DNA from: an uncultured Bdellovibrionales bacterium
GTDB lineage: Bacteria; Patescibacteriota; Minisyncoccia; Moranbacterales; DUUL01
Assembly: GCA_964421125.1 (NCBI GenBank)
Contig: CAYQVD010000003.1
Span: 5,779 to 69,778, forward strand
Direction: 5' to 3'
Length of the DNA: 64,000 nt
Shown one piece after another: positions 40,056-49,068 of this stretch. The notes under the pieces were generated by a model. It worked only from the letters and a program-made list of their open reading frames with translations, had not been told where the DNA came from and made no database searches. The translations under genes were made by a program, and so were the position numbers. Numbering within the stretch: the first letter of the stretch is position 1; the number at the start of each line of letters is the position of its first letter.

Positions 40056-41258
40056 ATGAATATTAAGAATAGTGCTAATAACAGAGATGTTAGAGAATGT
40101 GATTTTGTTGCGCACAGAGTGGAATCTCGCAATAAATTGCTGGATCATAAGTGTTTTCGTAATTTTCATAAGAATCCGGAGAAGGCAAAAGAAAGAAGAT
40201 TTTGGCCATTATTGCCTTATTGCTGGATTAGAAGTTTTCTGGTTCTTTTTTCGAAAAAACCTTTCGATGTGGTGGATGAATTTATTCATGCTCCTACATC
40301 CGAGACGGTTATTCGAGAAAGAATCGTCTTATTGAAAAACTATGGCTGGCATTTTTTACCGAAAATTCATCTTCAGAATTTTATCAAGGCTCGTATTTTG
40401 AAAACAGTTCTTGATATTCAGAGGCCTGGCAAAGTAGTTGGTCTTGGTGCATTAATAAAAGATCACAGTTTAACGCAAGGAGGAGAATGGGTTGTTGAAC
40501 AACTTGGTGACAGGTTGGTATCTCCTATTGTTCATGGTGATACAGCTACGGCTGGTTACGTCATGGAAAATATGGAGAAGATTATGAAAACAAGGAAGCT
40601 TAGTGGACCGATTGCTTTGACGGGACCAACTTCAAAAATTGGGAAAGTAATTGCAAAAATATTTTCTGAGTTCCATGTGATTTTTTGTATTACAAAGGAT
40701 GAAAAAAGGTTTCTTAAACTTCAGTCTCAAGCTAAAAATCCTAAAAACCTGGTTTTTTGTCCAAATTCTCGGAAGGCTACTGGTTGTCCGTTGTGGGTAA
40801 CTGGAAAGTTTAAGCCTGCAGGAAAAAAGCTTTTAAGTTGTATTCCGCAGGGAGCTGCAGTACTGAATTTTGCAGTGCCAAACCCTCTTAATAAAAAAAT
40901 CGTAAAAGCTATTCGTCCCGATCTTTTTGTTGCTGAAGCTGGTTTAGTTGAAATAGATCCTACTTTCTCAGGTCAAGAGTTCACTATGCGACTTTGCCCT
41001 GAATTCACTTATGCTTGTGACGGTGGCACTCGGATTCATGCAGCCATGAATTGGACACATAACGAGGTCGGAGAGGTTGAAATTGATCAGGTTTCAGTGG
41101 TCATGGAGGCCGGTCATAACCTTGGATTTGAACCTCACTTAGAGATTCTCTGGGATCCGGCTTGGCATGTCGTAGAGGTTATTGCGCCAAGAACGGACAA
41201 ATGGTATTGGTTAAAAATCAAAAAGGGTTTGGCAAGGAATGCTGGAATTTTTCTGTAA
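40056..41258 (+). CDS. Hypothetical protein (400 aa) with a basic Cys/His-containing N-terminus and a possible Rossmann-like segment (TGPTSKIGKVIA)
   Basis: Long ORF with SD (gaggagaaagga); lies behind a ~470-nt structured leader from P2; family unknown. Confidence 0.45.
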   Translation: MNIKNSANNRDVRECDFVAHRVESRNKLLDHKCFRNFHKNPEKAKERRFWPLLPYCWIRSFLVLFSKKPFDVVDEFIHAPTSETVIRERIVLLKNYGWHFLPKIHLQNFIKARILKTVLDIQRPGKVVGLGALIKDHSLTQGGEWVVEQLGDRLVSPIVHGDTATAGYVMENMEKIMKTRKLSGPIALTGPTSKIGKVIAKIFSEFHVIFCITKDEKRFLKLQSQAKNPKNLVFCPNSRKATGCPLWVTGKFKPAGKKLLSCIPQGAAVLNFAVPNPLNKKIVKAIRPDLFVAEAGLVEIDPTFSGQEFTMRLCPEFTYACDGGTRIHAAMNWTHNEVGEVEIDQVSVVMEAGHNLGFEPHLEILWDPAWHVVEVIAPRTDKWYWLKIKKGLARNAGIFL

Positions 41259-41382
41259 TCTGAGTCGAAACTTTTTAAACTTTCAACCCTGGAATGTTAA
41301 TTCATTTCAGGGTTGTTTCTTTTTTACAAGAAGATATGTTATAATTGTAATTAAATAAGCGGGGTTAAATTAAAATAAAAAA

Positions 41383-43623
41383 ATGGATTATAACTATACA
41401 GATATCTTTCCTTTATTAAGTGCAATTTTTGTTTTTGTGATTGGATTATTTGTGCTTCTTAAGAATAAAAAATCGAGAATTAATCTTACTTTTTTTCTTC
41501 ATGCGCTGGCGATTGCTCTTTGGTTATTTACTACCTTTATGATGTTTATAAGTAGAGAGAATCGTGAGCAGGCAATTTTTTGGGATAGAGCGGTTTATGC
41601 TTCAGTTGTCTTTATTCCTATTTTTATGTATCATTTCGGGCTTGCTTATATGAATAAAAAGCGAGACTTTTTGTTATATCTTGGCTATGCTTTATCTGTA
41701 ATATTTCTCCTGCTTGTTCCAACAAAATATTTTGTTAATGATATTTTTATTTATAAATGGGGTGTTCATACTAAGGCGCAACTCTTTCATCATATATTTT
41801 TAGTTTATTTTGTTTCTTATGTAATTATTTGGTTTATAAAGATATTTTTTTATTATAAGAAATTAAAGTCACCACTTTTAAAGGAACAAACGAAATATAT
41901 TATTTTAGGATTTTTATTTTTGTTTACTATTGGTCCTGTGGCATATCTTCCTGCTTATGGGATTGGTATCTACCCTTTTGCTTATGTTTCAGGAGTAATC
42001 TTTTCAGCAATTATCGCTTATGCTATTGTGAGGCATCGTTTGATGGATATTAAGTTGGTTTTTAGGAGATCAACAGTTTTTGCTTTGTCATTATTTTTAA
42101 TTTTAATTCCAGCTTTCGTTGCCAAGTATTTTCTTGAAAAATATTTAGGAAGTGTTTCTGTCTGGCTTGATTTGATTATTTTGATTATTGGAGTTGTTAG
42201 TTATCCTTTTGCGAGAGATTATTCTTTTAAAATTGCTAATAAATATTTCTTCTCATCACTTTATGATGGTCAGCAAGTTATTGCTGAAGTCAGTGATAGA
42301 CTAAGAATGATTATGGATATTAAGAAGGTTTATGACTTTATATATTCAGTTCTGTTAAAAACTTTTCATACTAAGACTTTTGCTGTCATTTCTTATAACA
42401 AAGAAAGAAAAGAGTACGCCATTCAATATAATAAGGGAATTAAAATTAAGAAGAATAATGTTTTTGATGGAAATGATTTTTTGCATCGATATTTTACGGA
42501 GCAAAACAAAGCAATTGTTGTTGAAGAAGTGAAAAAGATGTATTACAATAATAAAACTAAAAAAACAATCGATCTTTTGATTGAGTTAAATATTAGCATT
42601 TTGGCTCCTCTTAACGTTAAGAATAAGACAATCGGATTATTGGTATTAGGACCGAAAGAGTCAGGTGATATGTATAACGATGAAGATTTTCAGGTTTTGG
42701 AGATTATTGGGGCTCAAGCAGCGGTTTCTATTGAAAATGCTCAGTTGTATTCTGAAGTTAAAGAGTTTAATGAAAAACTTGAAGAAAAGGTGGAGAATGC
42801 AACAATTGAGCTTCGGAGTACGAATAGTGAATTGAAGGATATGAATGAAAAATTAGTGACTGCTTATGAAAAACTTCATCAACTTGATCGGGCTAAGACA
42901 GAATTTATTTCAATTGCTTCTCATCAACTTCGAACGCCGTTGACTTCAATTAAAGGATTTATTTCCCTTTTACTTGATGGAACTTATGGGGAAATTCATA
43001 AAGTTACTCGAGAGGTTTTAGAAAAAGTTTTTATTTCTAATGAAAGATTAATTAAACTTGTTGAAGATTTATTGAATATTTCTCGAATTGAATCTGGTAA
43101 ATTAGTATTTCGTTTTAATAAGGATGATATCACTGAATTAGTAAAAGACATGGTTGATAGTTTTGAATTGGCAGCTAAAAATAAGAAATTGAAACTTGAA
43201 TATCGATCTCCAAAGAAAAAGATTCCGGAGATATATTTTGATCACGATAAGATGAGAGAAATAATTTCTAATTTGATTGATAATTCAATTAAATATACAA
43301 AGAAGGGTTCAGTTAGTGTGACTGTAGAGAGTGATAAGGATTTTGTTAGAATTGTAGTTTCTGATTCAGGGATGGGGATTGTAAAGGAAGAGGTAAGATA
43401 TATTTTTGAAAAATTTCAGCGAGGGAAAGACAGTAGCACTACTCATACAGAAGGAATTGGATTGGGACTTTATGTTTGTGAAAAAATGTTGTCTTTGCAT
43501 AAGGGTAAAATATGGGCAGAATCTGAAGGTCTTGGAAAAGGTAGTAAATTTATTATTCAACTCAAGAGAGATTTTGTCCCGGAAGATATGATAAAAACTA
43601 TTGGGAAAGAAAAGAGAAATTAG
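41383..43623 (+). CDS. Sensor histidine kinase (polytopic N-terminal membrane domain + GAF-like + HisKA/HATPase_c)
   Basis: H-box SHQLRTPLTSIKG, N-box IISNLIDNSIKYT, G1 DSGMGI, G2 GIGLGLYVCEKM; ~7 N-terminal TM helices. Confidence 0.85.
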   Translation: MDYNYTDIFPLLSAIFVFVIGLFVLLKNKKSRINLTFFLHALAIALWLFTTFMMFISRENREQAIFWDRAVYASVVFIPIFMYHFGLAYMNKKRDFLLYLGYALSVIFLLLVPTKYFVNDIFIYKWGVHTKAQLFHHIFLVYFVSYVIIWFIKIFFYYKKLKSPLLKEQTKYIILGFLFLFTIGPVAYLPAYGIGIYPFAYVSGVIFSAIIAYAIVRHRLMDIKLVFRRSTVFALSLFLILIPAFVAKYFLEKYLGSVSVWLDLIILIIGVVSYPFARDYSFKIANKYFFSSLYDGQQVIAEVSDRLRMIMDIKKVYDFIYSVLLKTFHTKTFAVISYNKERKEYAIQYNKGIKIKKNNVFDGNDFLHRYFTEQNKAIVVEEVKKMYYNNKTKKTIDLLIELNISILAPLNVKNKTIGLLVLGPKESGDMYNDEDFQVLEIIGAQAAVSIENAQLYSEVKEFNEKLEEKVENATIELRSTNSELKDMNEKLVTAYEKLHQLDRAKTEFISIASHQLRTPLTSIKGFISLLLDGTYGEIHKVTREVLEKVFISNERLIKLVEDLLNISRIESGKLVFRFNKDDITELVKDMVDSFELAAKNKKLKLEYRSPKKKIPEIYFDHDKMREIISNLIDNSIKYTKKGSVSVTVESDKDFVRIVVSDSGMGIVKEEVRYIFEKFQRGKDSSTTHTEGIGLGLYVCEKMLSLHKGKIWAESEGLGKGSKFIIQLKRDFVPEDMIKTIGKEKRN

Positions 43624-43764
43624 GATTTTGGAGAAGTACTGAATAAAATGAATAAAAAATAAATTTTTCAAAGGTTTAATTCAAAGACTAGGAGTTTATT
43701 GGAGCTTCTAGTCTTTTGTAAATAAAAACACTTAATGTAAATTAGGTGTTTTAAAATATGAAAG

Positions 43765-43837
43765 TGGGCGCAGAGGGATTCGAACCCCCGACCATCAGCT
43801 TAAAAGGCTGTTGCTCTACCAACTGAGCTATGCGCCC
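43765..43837 (-). tRNA. tRNA-Lys (anticodon UUU)
   Basis: The reverse complement folds as a cloverleaf: acceptor GGGCGCA/TGCGCCC, D-arm GCTC-AGTTGGTA-GAGC, anticodon loop CTTTTAA, T-arm GGGGG-TTCGAAT-CCCTC. CCA is not encoded. Confidence 0.8.
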
Positions 43838-44120
43838 GTAATCGACAATTAACTTTTGACAATTTACAATTAACGACAAATTCCCGTTTTTAGAAGTTGC
43901 GGGAAAGATTTTATATCTAACCCTCTTTGGTTCTTCTTTAGCCTAAAAGAGTTGTTTTTTAAATTGAGATATCAAACATGTTAAATTATATATTCAACTT
44001 GCGAACAAGTCAATAGGGAGGTAGAATAGAGGGGTAATTTTCATTTCTCAATTTCCAATTTTCATTGAATTTTCAATTAGTTAATTTTCAATGAGTTTTG
44101 AATAGATTGAATACAAGGGA

Positions 44121-44144
44121 AATTACGTAATTAATTACGTAATT
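44121..44144. promoter_or_regulatory. Two adjacent copies of the self-complementary 12-mer AATTACGTAATT, ~10 bp upstream of the 44154 start codon; candidate operator
   Basis: Each 12-mer is a perfect palindrome; read directly from the sequence. Confidence 0.45.
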
Positions 44145-44153
44145 AATCAATGT

Positions 44154-44861
44154 ATGAAGAAAATTGTTTTTGATATTGAGACTGCTGGAGAAGATTTTAA
44201 TGAGATGGATGAGGTGACACAATCTGCTCTTAGTAAGTGGATTGATCGAGTTGCTTCTGATGATAAAGAGAGACAAAAACTTCTTAATGAGCTGAAAGGT
44301 GGTATGGGATTTTCTCCTTTTACGGGAGAAATTGTGGCAATTGGAGTCTTTGATGTTGATACTGAAAAAGGGGCTGTTTATTATCAAGATTCTCAAAATA
44401 AAGAAGAGTCAGAAAAAGATGGAGTGAAATTGAAACCAATGAATGAAAAAGAAATGCTTGAAAATTTTTGGAGAATTGTGGATCATGGCAAGGAATTTAT
44501 TAGTTATAATGGGAGAGGTTTTGATGTTCCTTTTTTAATGATTCGATCAGCGAAGTATGGAATCAAACCAACGAAAAATTTAATGTCGAATCGTTATCTT
44601 AATAGTCAATTTGAAGGAGCTAAGCATGTTGATTTAATGGATCAATTAACTTTCTATGGAGCAGTGAGGAGAAATCCAAATTTACATATAGCTTGTAGAC
44701 TTTTCGGAATTCCAAGCCCAAAAGAGGAAGGAGTGACTGGTGACAAGGTCACGGAACTTTTCAATGCAGGACGATGTCAAGAAATTGCTGAATATAATGC
44801 GAGGGATTTGAAATCAACAGCTGAGGTTTATGATTATTGGAATAAGTATTTAAGGATATAG
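44154..44861 (+). CDS. DEDD/DnaQ-like 3-5 exonuclease domain protein (PolB-exonuclease-like)
   Basis: Exo I motif VFDIETAG at the N-terminus and Exo II-like region FISYNGRGFDVPFL. Confidence 0.55.
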   Translation: MKKIVFDIETAGEDFNEMDEVTQSALSKWIDRVASDDKERQKLLNELKGGMGFSPFTGEIVAIGVFDVDTEKGAVYYQDSQNKEESEKDGVKLKPMNEKEMLENFWRIVDHGKEFISYNGRGFDVPFLMIRSAKYGIKPTKNLMSNRYLNSQFEGAKHVDLMDQLTFYGAVRRNPNLHIACRLFGIPSPKEEGVTGDKVTELFNAGRCQEIAEYNARDLKSTAEVYDYWNKYLRI

Positions 44862-44969
44862 GGAGTAAATTTGAGGTTTTATGTAAGTAAAGTATTACTT
44901 ACATAGAAATTGGACTAATGGATTCCTGCTTTCGCAGGAATGACAATTTAAAGAATAATTTCTTTATAT

Positions 44970-46229
44970 ATGCAAGAATTTAACCAAGAAGCAAAAGATC
45001 AAATTAGAAGGGCAACGTTGAATATTAAACGTTCCAAGGAAGACTCTTTGAAAAGAGTTGGTTTGAGCGAGGAAGAATACAAAAAGAAAATGCAAGAAAT
45101 TCGAAGGAGATGTTTAAACGATTTTGAGTTTTCATTGGAGAAAGCAAAAGAGAATTTTCAGAAAAATGGGGTTATAGTGCATGAAGCAAGAAGTAAAGAA
45201 GATGCGCAAGAAATTGTTAGAAAGTTAACGGTTGATTCTAAGAAAATAGTTAAATCAAAAACTAACACTGGAAGTGAAATTGAATTAAAGAGTATTTTAA
45301 AGGATTTTGAATATTCAGAAACTGATCTTGGTGATTTTGTAGCTGACTTAATGAAGGAAGATGGAATCCATTATGTTTTGCCAGCACTTCACATTAAATC
45401 TGGAGAAATTGCAAAAAAGATTGAGGAAGAATTTGACGAAAAGATTGATGATGATCCGGAAAAAATTACAAGATATTTGTGTGATGTGATTAGGAAAAAT
45501 ATTTTAGAAGCTGATACGGGAATTACGGGAGCAAATTTTTTTACAAAAAATGGAGAAATTATTTTACTTGAAAATGAAGGAAATATTTCACTTGTGAGTC
45601 GATTACCTGAGAAGCATATTGTTCTTTGTGGAATTAATAAAATCGTTGATAGTGTGGCTGATGCAACTGAGCTTTCTCAAGCAACAGCAATTTTTGGGAC
45701 AGGACAGTATAATCCTCAATATATCTCAATTATTACTGGACCATCAAAGACAGCAGATATCTCAAGTCACCTTGTGACGGGAGCTCAGGGGGCAAGGGAG
45801 ATTCATTTGGTTTTGCTTGATGGAGGACGAAGCAATTTAATGAAAAAAGAATTCTTTAAAGATCTTTGTTCTTGTGTTGGATGTGGAGCTTGTTTGAATT
45901 TTTGTCCTGCATTTAATGAACTTGGAAAGGAATATGGAGGGAAAACGGTTGGAATTAAAGAAATGATTTTCGAATATTTTAATCAAACAGGATTTGATGA
46001 GAGATTAGCTAAAAACTTTTTTAAATGTATTTTATGTGGTACTTGCACAGAAAATTGTCCGATGGGAATTGATTTAACTGGAATGTCTCGAAAGATACGA
46101 GAAGAATTGAACGAAAAAGGCGAAGGATTGTCAGTAACTAAGGAAATGATTAAAACAATTGAAAAATACGGAAATCCTTTTGGAGAAAAAAAGAAAACAG
46201 ATAAACCAGATAAGCTTTATTGCTGTTAA
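44970..46229 (+). CDS. LutB/YkgF-like iron-sulfur protein (LUD domain + two 4Fe-4S ferredoxin motifs)
   Basis: LUD-domain block GITGANFFTKNGEIILLENEGNISLVSRLPEKHIVLCGINKIV, plus CSCVGCGACLNFCP and CILCGTCTENCP clusters. Confidence 0.7.
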   Translation: MQEFNQEAKDQIRRATLNIKRSKEDSLKRVGLSEEEYKKKMQEIRRRCLNDFEFSLEKAKENFQKNGVIVHEARSKEDAQEIVRKLTVDSKKIVKSKTNTGSEIELKSILKDFEYSETDLGDFVADLMKEDGIHYVLPALHIKSGEIAKKIEEEFDEKIDDDPEKITRYLCDVIRKNILEADTGITGANFFTKNGEIILLENEGNISLVSRLPEKHIVLCGINKIVDSVADATELSQATAIFGTGQYNPQYISIITGPSKTADISSHLVTGAQGAREIHLVLLDGGRSNLMKKEFFKDLCSCVGCGACLNFCPAFNELGKEYGGKTVGIKEMIFEYFNQTGFDERLAKNFFKCILCGTCTENCPMGIDLTGMSRKIREELNEKGEGLSVTKEMIKTIEKYGNPFGEKKKTDKPDKLYCC

Positions 46230-46275
46230 ATAAATCATATAATATAATTATCTTAAATTAATTAATATAAAAATT

Positions 46276-46836
46276 ATGAAAAATGAGCCCAAAATATTAA
46301 CGCCAGAAGAAATAGCTAAAATACAAAACGAGAGGACATTATCAGATGCTGAATTAATTAATGGAGGAGCTGGATATACTCCTTCTCTTCATAATGATGG
46401 CACGAGATTTGATCTAGAGAATAAACAGATAAGAGAATTAGAAAAGGAGATGGGAGAAAGTAAACAAGAATCTCCTAGTATTAAGTTGCCAAAAAATCCT
46501 GAGGTAATTAAAAAATTAAAAAATAAATTAGAAGAATACAAGAAACGACTTGAAAAGATAAAAAATTCAGAGGATTATAATAATGAATATAATTCACCCG
46601 AAGAAGCTTTTAAGAAGACAGCAGATGTATATTATAAGATTAAGATTTTAGAGGAAGTACTTACTTATGGTGAGGTTAAGACATATGAATTTTTAAGTAG
46701 ATTTAAAAAAAGAGATGAGCAATTTAACATAGAAGCATTTGAAAATGCTTGTGGGGTTATAAAAGATTACTGTGACACTGGAGGAGCGAATAATATTAAA
46801 GGGTCCTTGTCTGATTTATCGGATAATGTTAAATAA
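46276..46836 (+). CDS. Hypothetical protein
   Basis: ORF with a plausible start; no recognisable family. Confidence 0.35.
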   Translation: MKNEPKILTPEEIAKIQNERTLSDAELINGGAGYTPSLHNDGTRFDLENKQIRELEKEMGESKQESPSIKLPKNPEVIKKLKNKLEEYKKRLEKIKNSEDYNNEYNSPEEAFKKTADVYYKIKILEEVLTYGEVKTYEFLSRFKKRDEQFNIEAFENACGVIKDYCDTGGANNIKGSLSDLSDNVK

Positions 46837-46849
46837 AAAAATAATACAA

Positions 46850-46886
46850 AAGAGGTACCCGCAGTTGCGTGATACCTCGTTATTTT
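46850..46886 (+). terminator. Rho-independent terminator (gaggta...tacctc + TTATTTTTT)
   Basis: Hairpin followed by a T-run. Confidence 0.55.
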
Positions 46887-47123
46887 TTGTGGTGCCGTGT
46901 TACATCCTGAAGTGAAAATGAATTTCAGGTCAACGATATTAATCAGGATCATTGAATCTCAAGTGATTGATTAATACCGGATCATTAACAGCTGACTAAA
47001 GATCTCGCTGGATCTATTTGGCTGTCTCCATTTTAATCAAAAGGATTTCTTCAGTGGCACCACCTTATTAATAACATAAATGGCCTTCGATTGTCAATGT
47101 AAAAAACTGACAAATAGGACTAT

Positions 47124-47780
47124 TTGGTGTATGATAATTGCATGGAAAATAAAGATATTGGAAAAGTGTCTTGTGCACAAGCTGATGAATGTATTAAAAA
47201 AACTGATGAAGAATTGGTTATTTTGGTGAAAAAAAATAGTGAATGTTTTGGTTGTTTAATTTCTCGATATGAAAATAAAATGATTAGATATATTCGAAGG
47301 ATTAGCGCGGTTAATGAGGAGATGGCTGAAGACATTGCTCAGAATATTTTTCTTAAAGTCTATATCAATTTAAATCAATTTGATCCAAAGTTGAAATTTT
47401 CAAGTTGGGTTTATCGAATTGCTCATAATGAAACAATTAATTATTGGCGTCGTAATAGTAAAGGAAAGCAACCGGATGTCTCATGGGATCAACATGAGTC
47501 ATTGAAAAACATAATAAAAGACAGTTTTAATACAGAGCAAAGAGTTTATCAAAAAATAACGAACGAAGAAGTGATGGTTGTGATTAATCAACTTGAGAAT
47601 AAGTATCGAGAGGTAATTATTTTAAGTTATATCGAGGGAAAAAATTATCAAGAAATTGCAGATATTTTAAATAAACCGTTGGGGACAATTGGAACATTGA
47701 TTAACAGAGGAAAAAAAATTCTTGCAAAAAAACTTAAAGAAAACGGAATTGATGAGAATGTAGCTGTTATTAATAATTAA
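47124..47780 (+). CDS. ECF-type RNA polymerase sigma factor (sigma-70 regions 2 and 4)
   Basis: Region 2 (IAQNIFLKVYINLNQFDPKLKFSSWVYRIAHNETINYWRR) and region 4 HTH (ILSYIEGKNYQEIADILNKPLGTIGTLINRGKKIL). Confidence 0.8.
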   Translation: MVYDNCMENKDIGKVSCAQADECIKKTDEELVILVKKNSECFGCLISRYENKMIRYIRRISAVNEEMAEDIAQNIFLKVYINLNQFDPKLKFSSWVYRIAHNETINYWRRNSKGKQPDVSWDQHESLKNIIKDSFNTEQRVYQKITNEEVMVVINQLENKYREVIILSYIEGKNYQEIADILNKPLGTIGTLINRGKKILAKKLKENGIDENVAVINN

Positions 47781-47799
47781 TTTTTACTTTTCAAAAAAA

Positions 47800-48498
47800 A
47801 TGTCTTTGAAAGATGATCAAAAGAATAAAAAAATGTTTGGTGATGAAATTGTCAACGAAATAAAAAAGAATAATATAAAAATGAAACCACCTTGTTATTT
47901 TACGTTTGTTTATTTTGTTTGGATTTGTTTAGGAGCTATTTTGTTTTTAATTTCCTTGATATTATTAGGGATTATTATTCATTGTTTAAAGGAATATGAG
48001 TTCATTGGTCTTATTGGAAGAGGGTGTTTCTCTGGATGGTTTCTGATTCCTCTTTTAATTATGGCATTTTCTGTTTCTTTACTTTATCTTTCAAGTAGAT
48101 TTTATCGAAAAGGAAGAATTTGTTGTCGTCATGAAGAATGGATGCTTTTGTTAGCAATAGGAATTATAACAATTTTAGGACTTTTTATACTAGCGAGAAG
48201 TGATGTATTTAAGGGATGGAGGGATTTTGTTGAAGATTGTTGTGTAGAACAAGGAATTATTGTTTCAACTGAAGAATTTTGGTCTAATTCTCAAAAAGGT
48301 AGATTATCCGGAGAGGTCGTAGGAATAGATCGAGATAAAAAATACATATTAATTAAAAAAGGAGATAGTTTATGGAAAGTGCATACTAAAGATTGTGAGT
48401 GTAAAATTAATCATGAAACAGTTAAGGAGGGTGATTATATTAAGTTGATTGGAAAATTTGAAAATGAAAAGTTTCAGGCGGGAAAAGTCTGGGATTAG
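47800..48498 (+). CDS. Putative anti-sigma factor / Cys-rich membrane protein encoded directly downstream of the ECF sigma
   Basis: Assigned from gene position; 3-4 TM helices; Cys pairs (CC, DCC, CEC). Confidence 0.35.
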   Translation: MSLKDDQKNKKMFGDEIVNEIKKNNIKMKPPCYFTFVYFVWICLGAILFLISLILLGIIIHCLKEYEFIGLIGRGCFSGWFLIPLLIMAFSVSLLYLSSRFYRKGRICCRHEEWMLLLAIGIITILGLFILARSDVFKGWRDFVEDCCVEQGIIVSTEEFWSNSQKGRLSGEVVGIDRDKKYILIKKGDSLWKVHTKDCECKINHETVKEGDYIKLIGKFENEKFQAGKVWD

Positions 48499-48612
48499 GA
48501 ATAGCTTCGCAACCTGCCTGCCAGTAGACAGGTTTTCATTTATCAATTTCCAATTTCCAATAATAAAACAAGCCTCTGGCTTGTTTTATTTAATTTCATT
48601 AAAAAGAAGGGA

Positions 48613-48945
48613 TTATTTTCCTTTGAGCATCATGATTATTGCAATAATTGCAAATCCAGAAAGAAAGCCAAACAATAAAGCTTGGTCATTGGGATAACCA
48701 AGAAGATGTTTAAAGTCTAGGTAGATTGCGATTGAGAAGAAAATATAAATAAGAATTAGTGAAGTAAAAAGTTGTATAATCGGAACTTCCTTGTCTATCG
48801 TGTTTATGGCAATAGGAAAGAATACAAGCGCGATAAGGATTGCTAAAATAATCCAAGTGATAAATCCAAATGCTAGCCCAAAAATTAAATTGATAAAGGC
48901 AACGATCAAGAAGACTAAAAAGGGTAATAGTAATATTTTTTTCAT
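48613..48945 (-). CDS. Small hypothetical membrane protein (3 TM helices)
   Basis: Hydrophobic ORF on the minus strand between the anti-sigma candidate and leuS; weak evidence. Confidence 0.3.
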   Translation of the reverse strand: MKKILLLPFLVFLIVAFINLIFGLAFGFITWIILAILIALVFFPIAINTIDKEVPIIQLFTSLILIYIFFSIAIYLDFKHLLGYPNDQALLFGFLSGFAIIAIIMMLKGK

Positions 48946-49068
48946 TTTTGTGTTTTTAAATATTTATTTTATTATATCAGAAAAATTAAAATTAGGGAAC
49001 AGACGTCTTGAAAAAAGATTATAAATGAGATAAGATAATAGTATGTTTATAAGAAGTAATTTTAGTAT

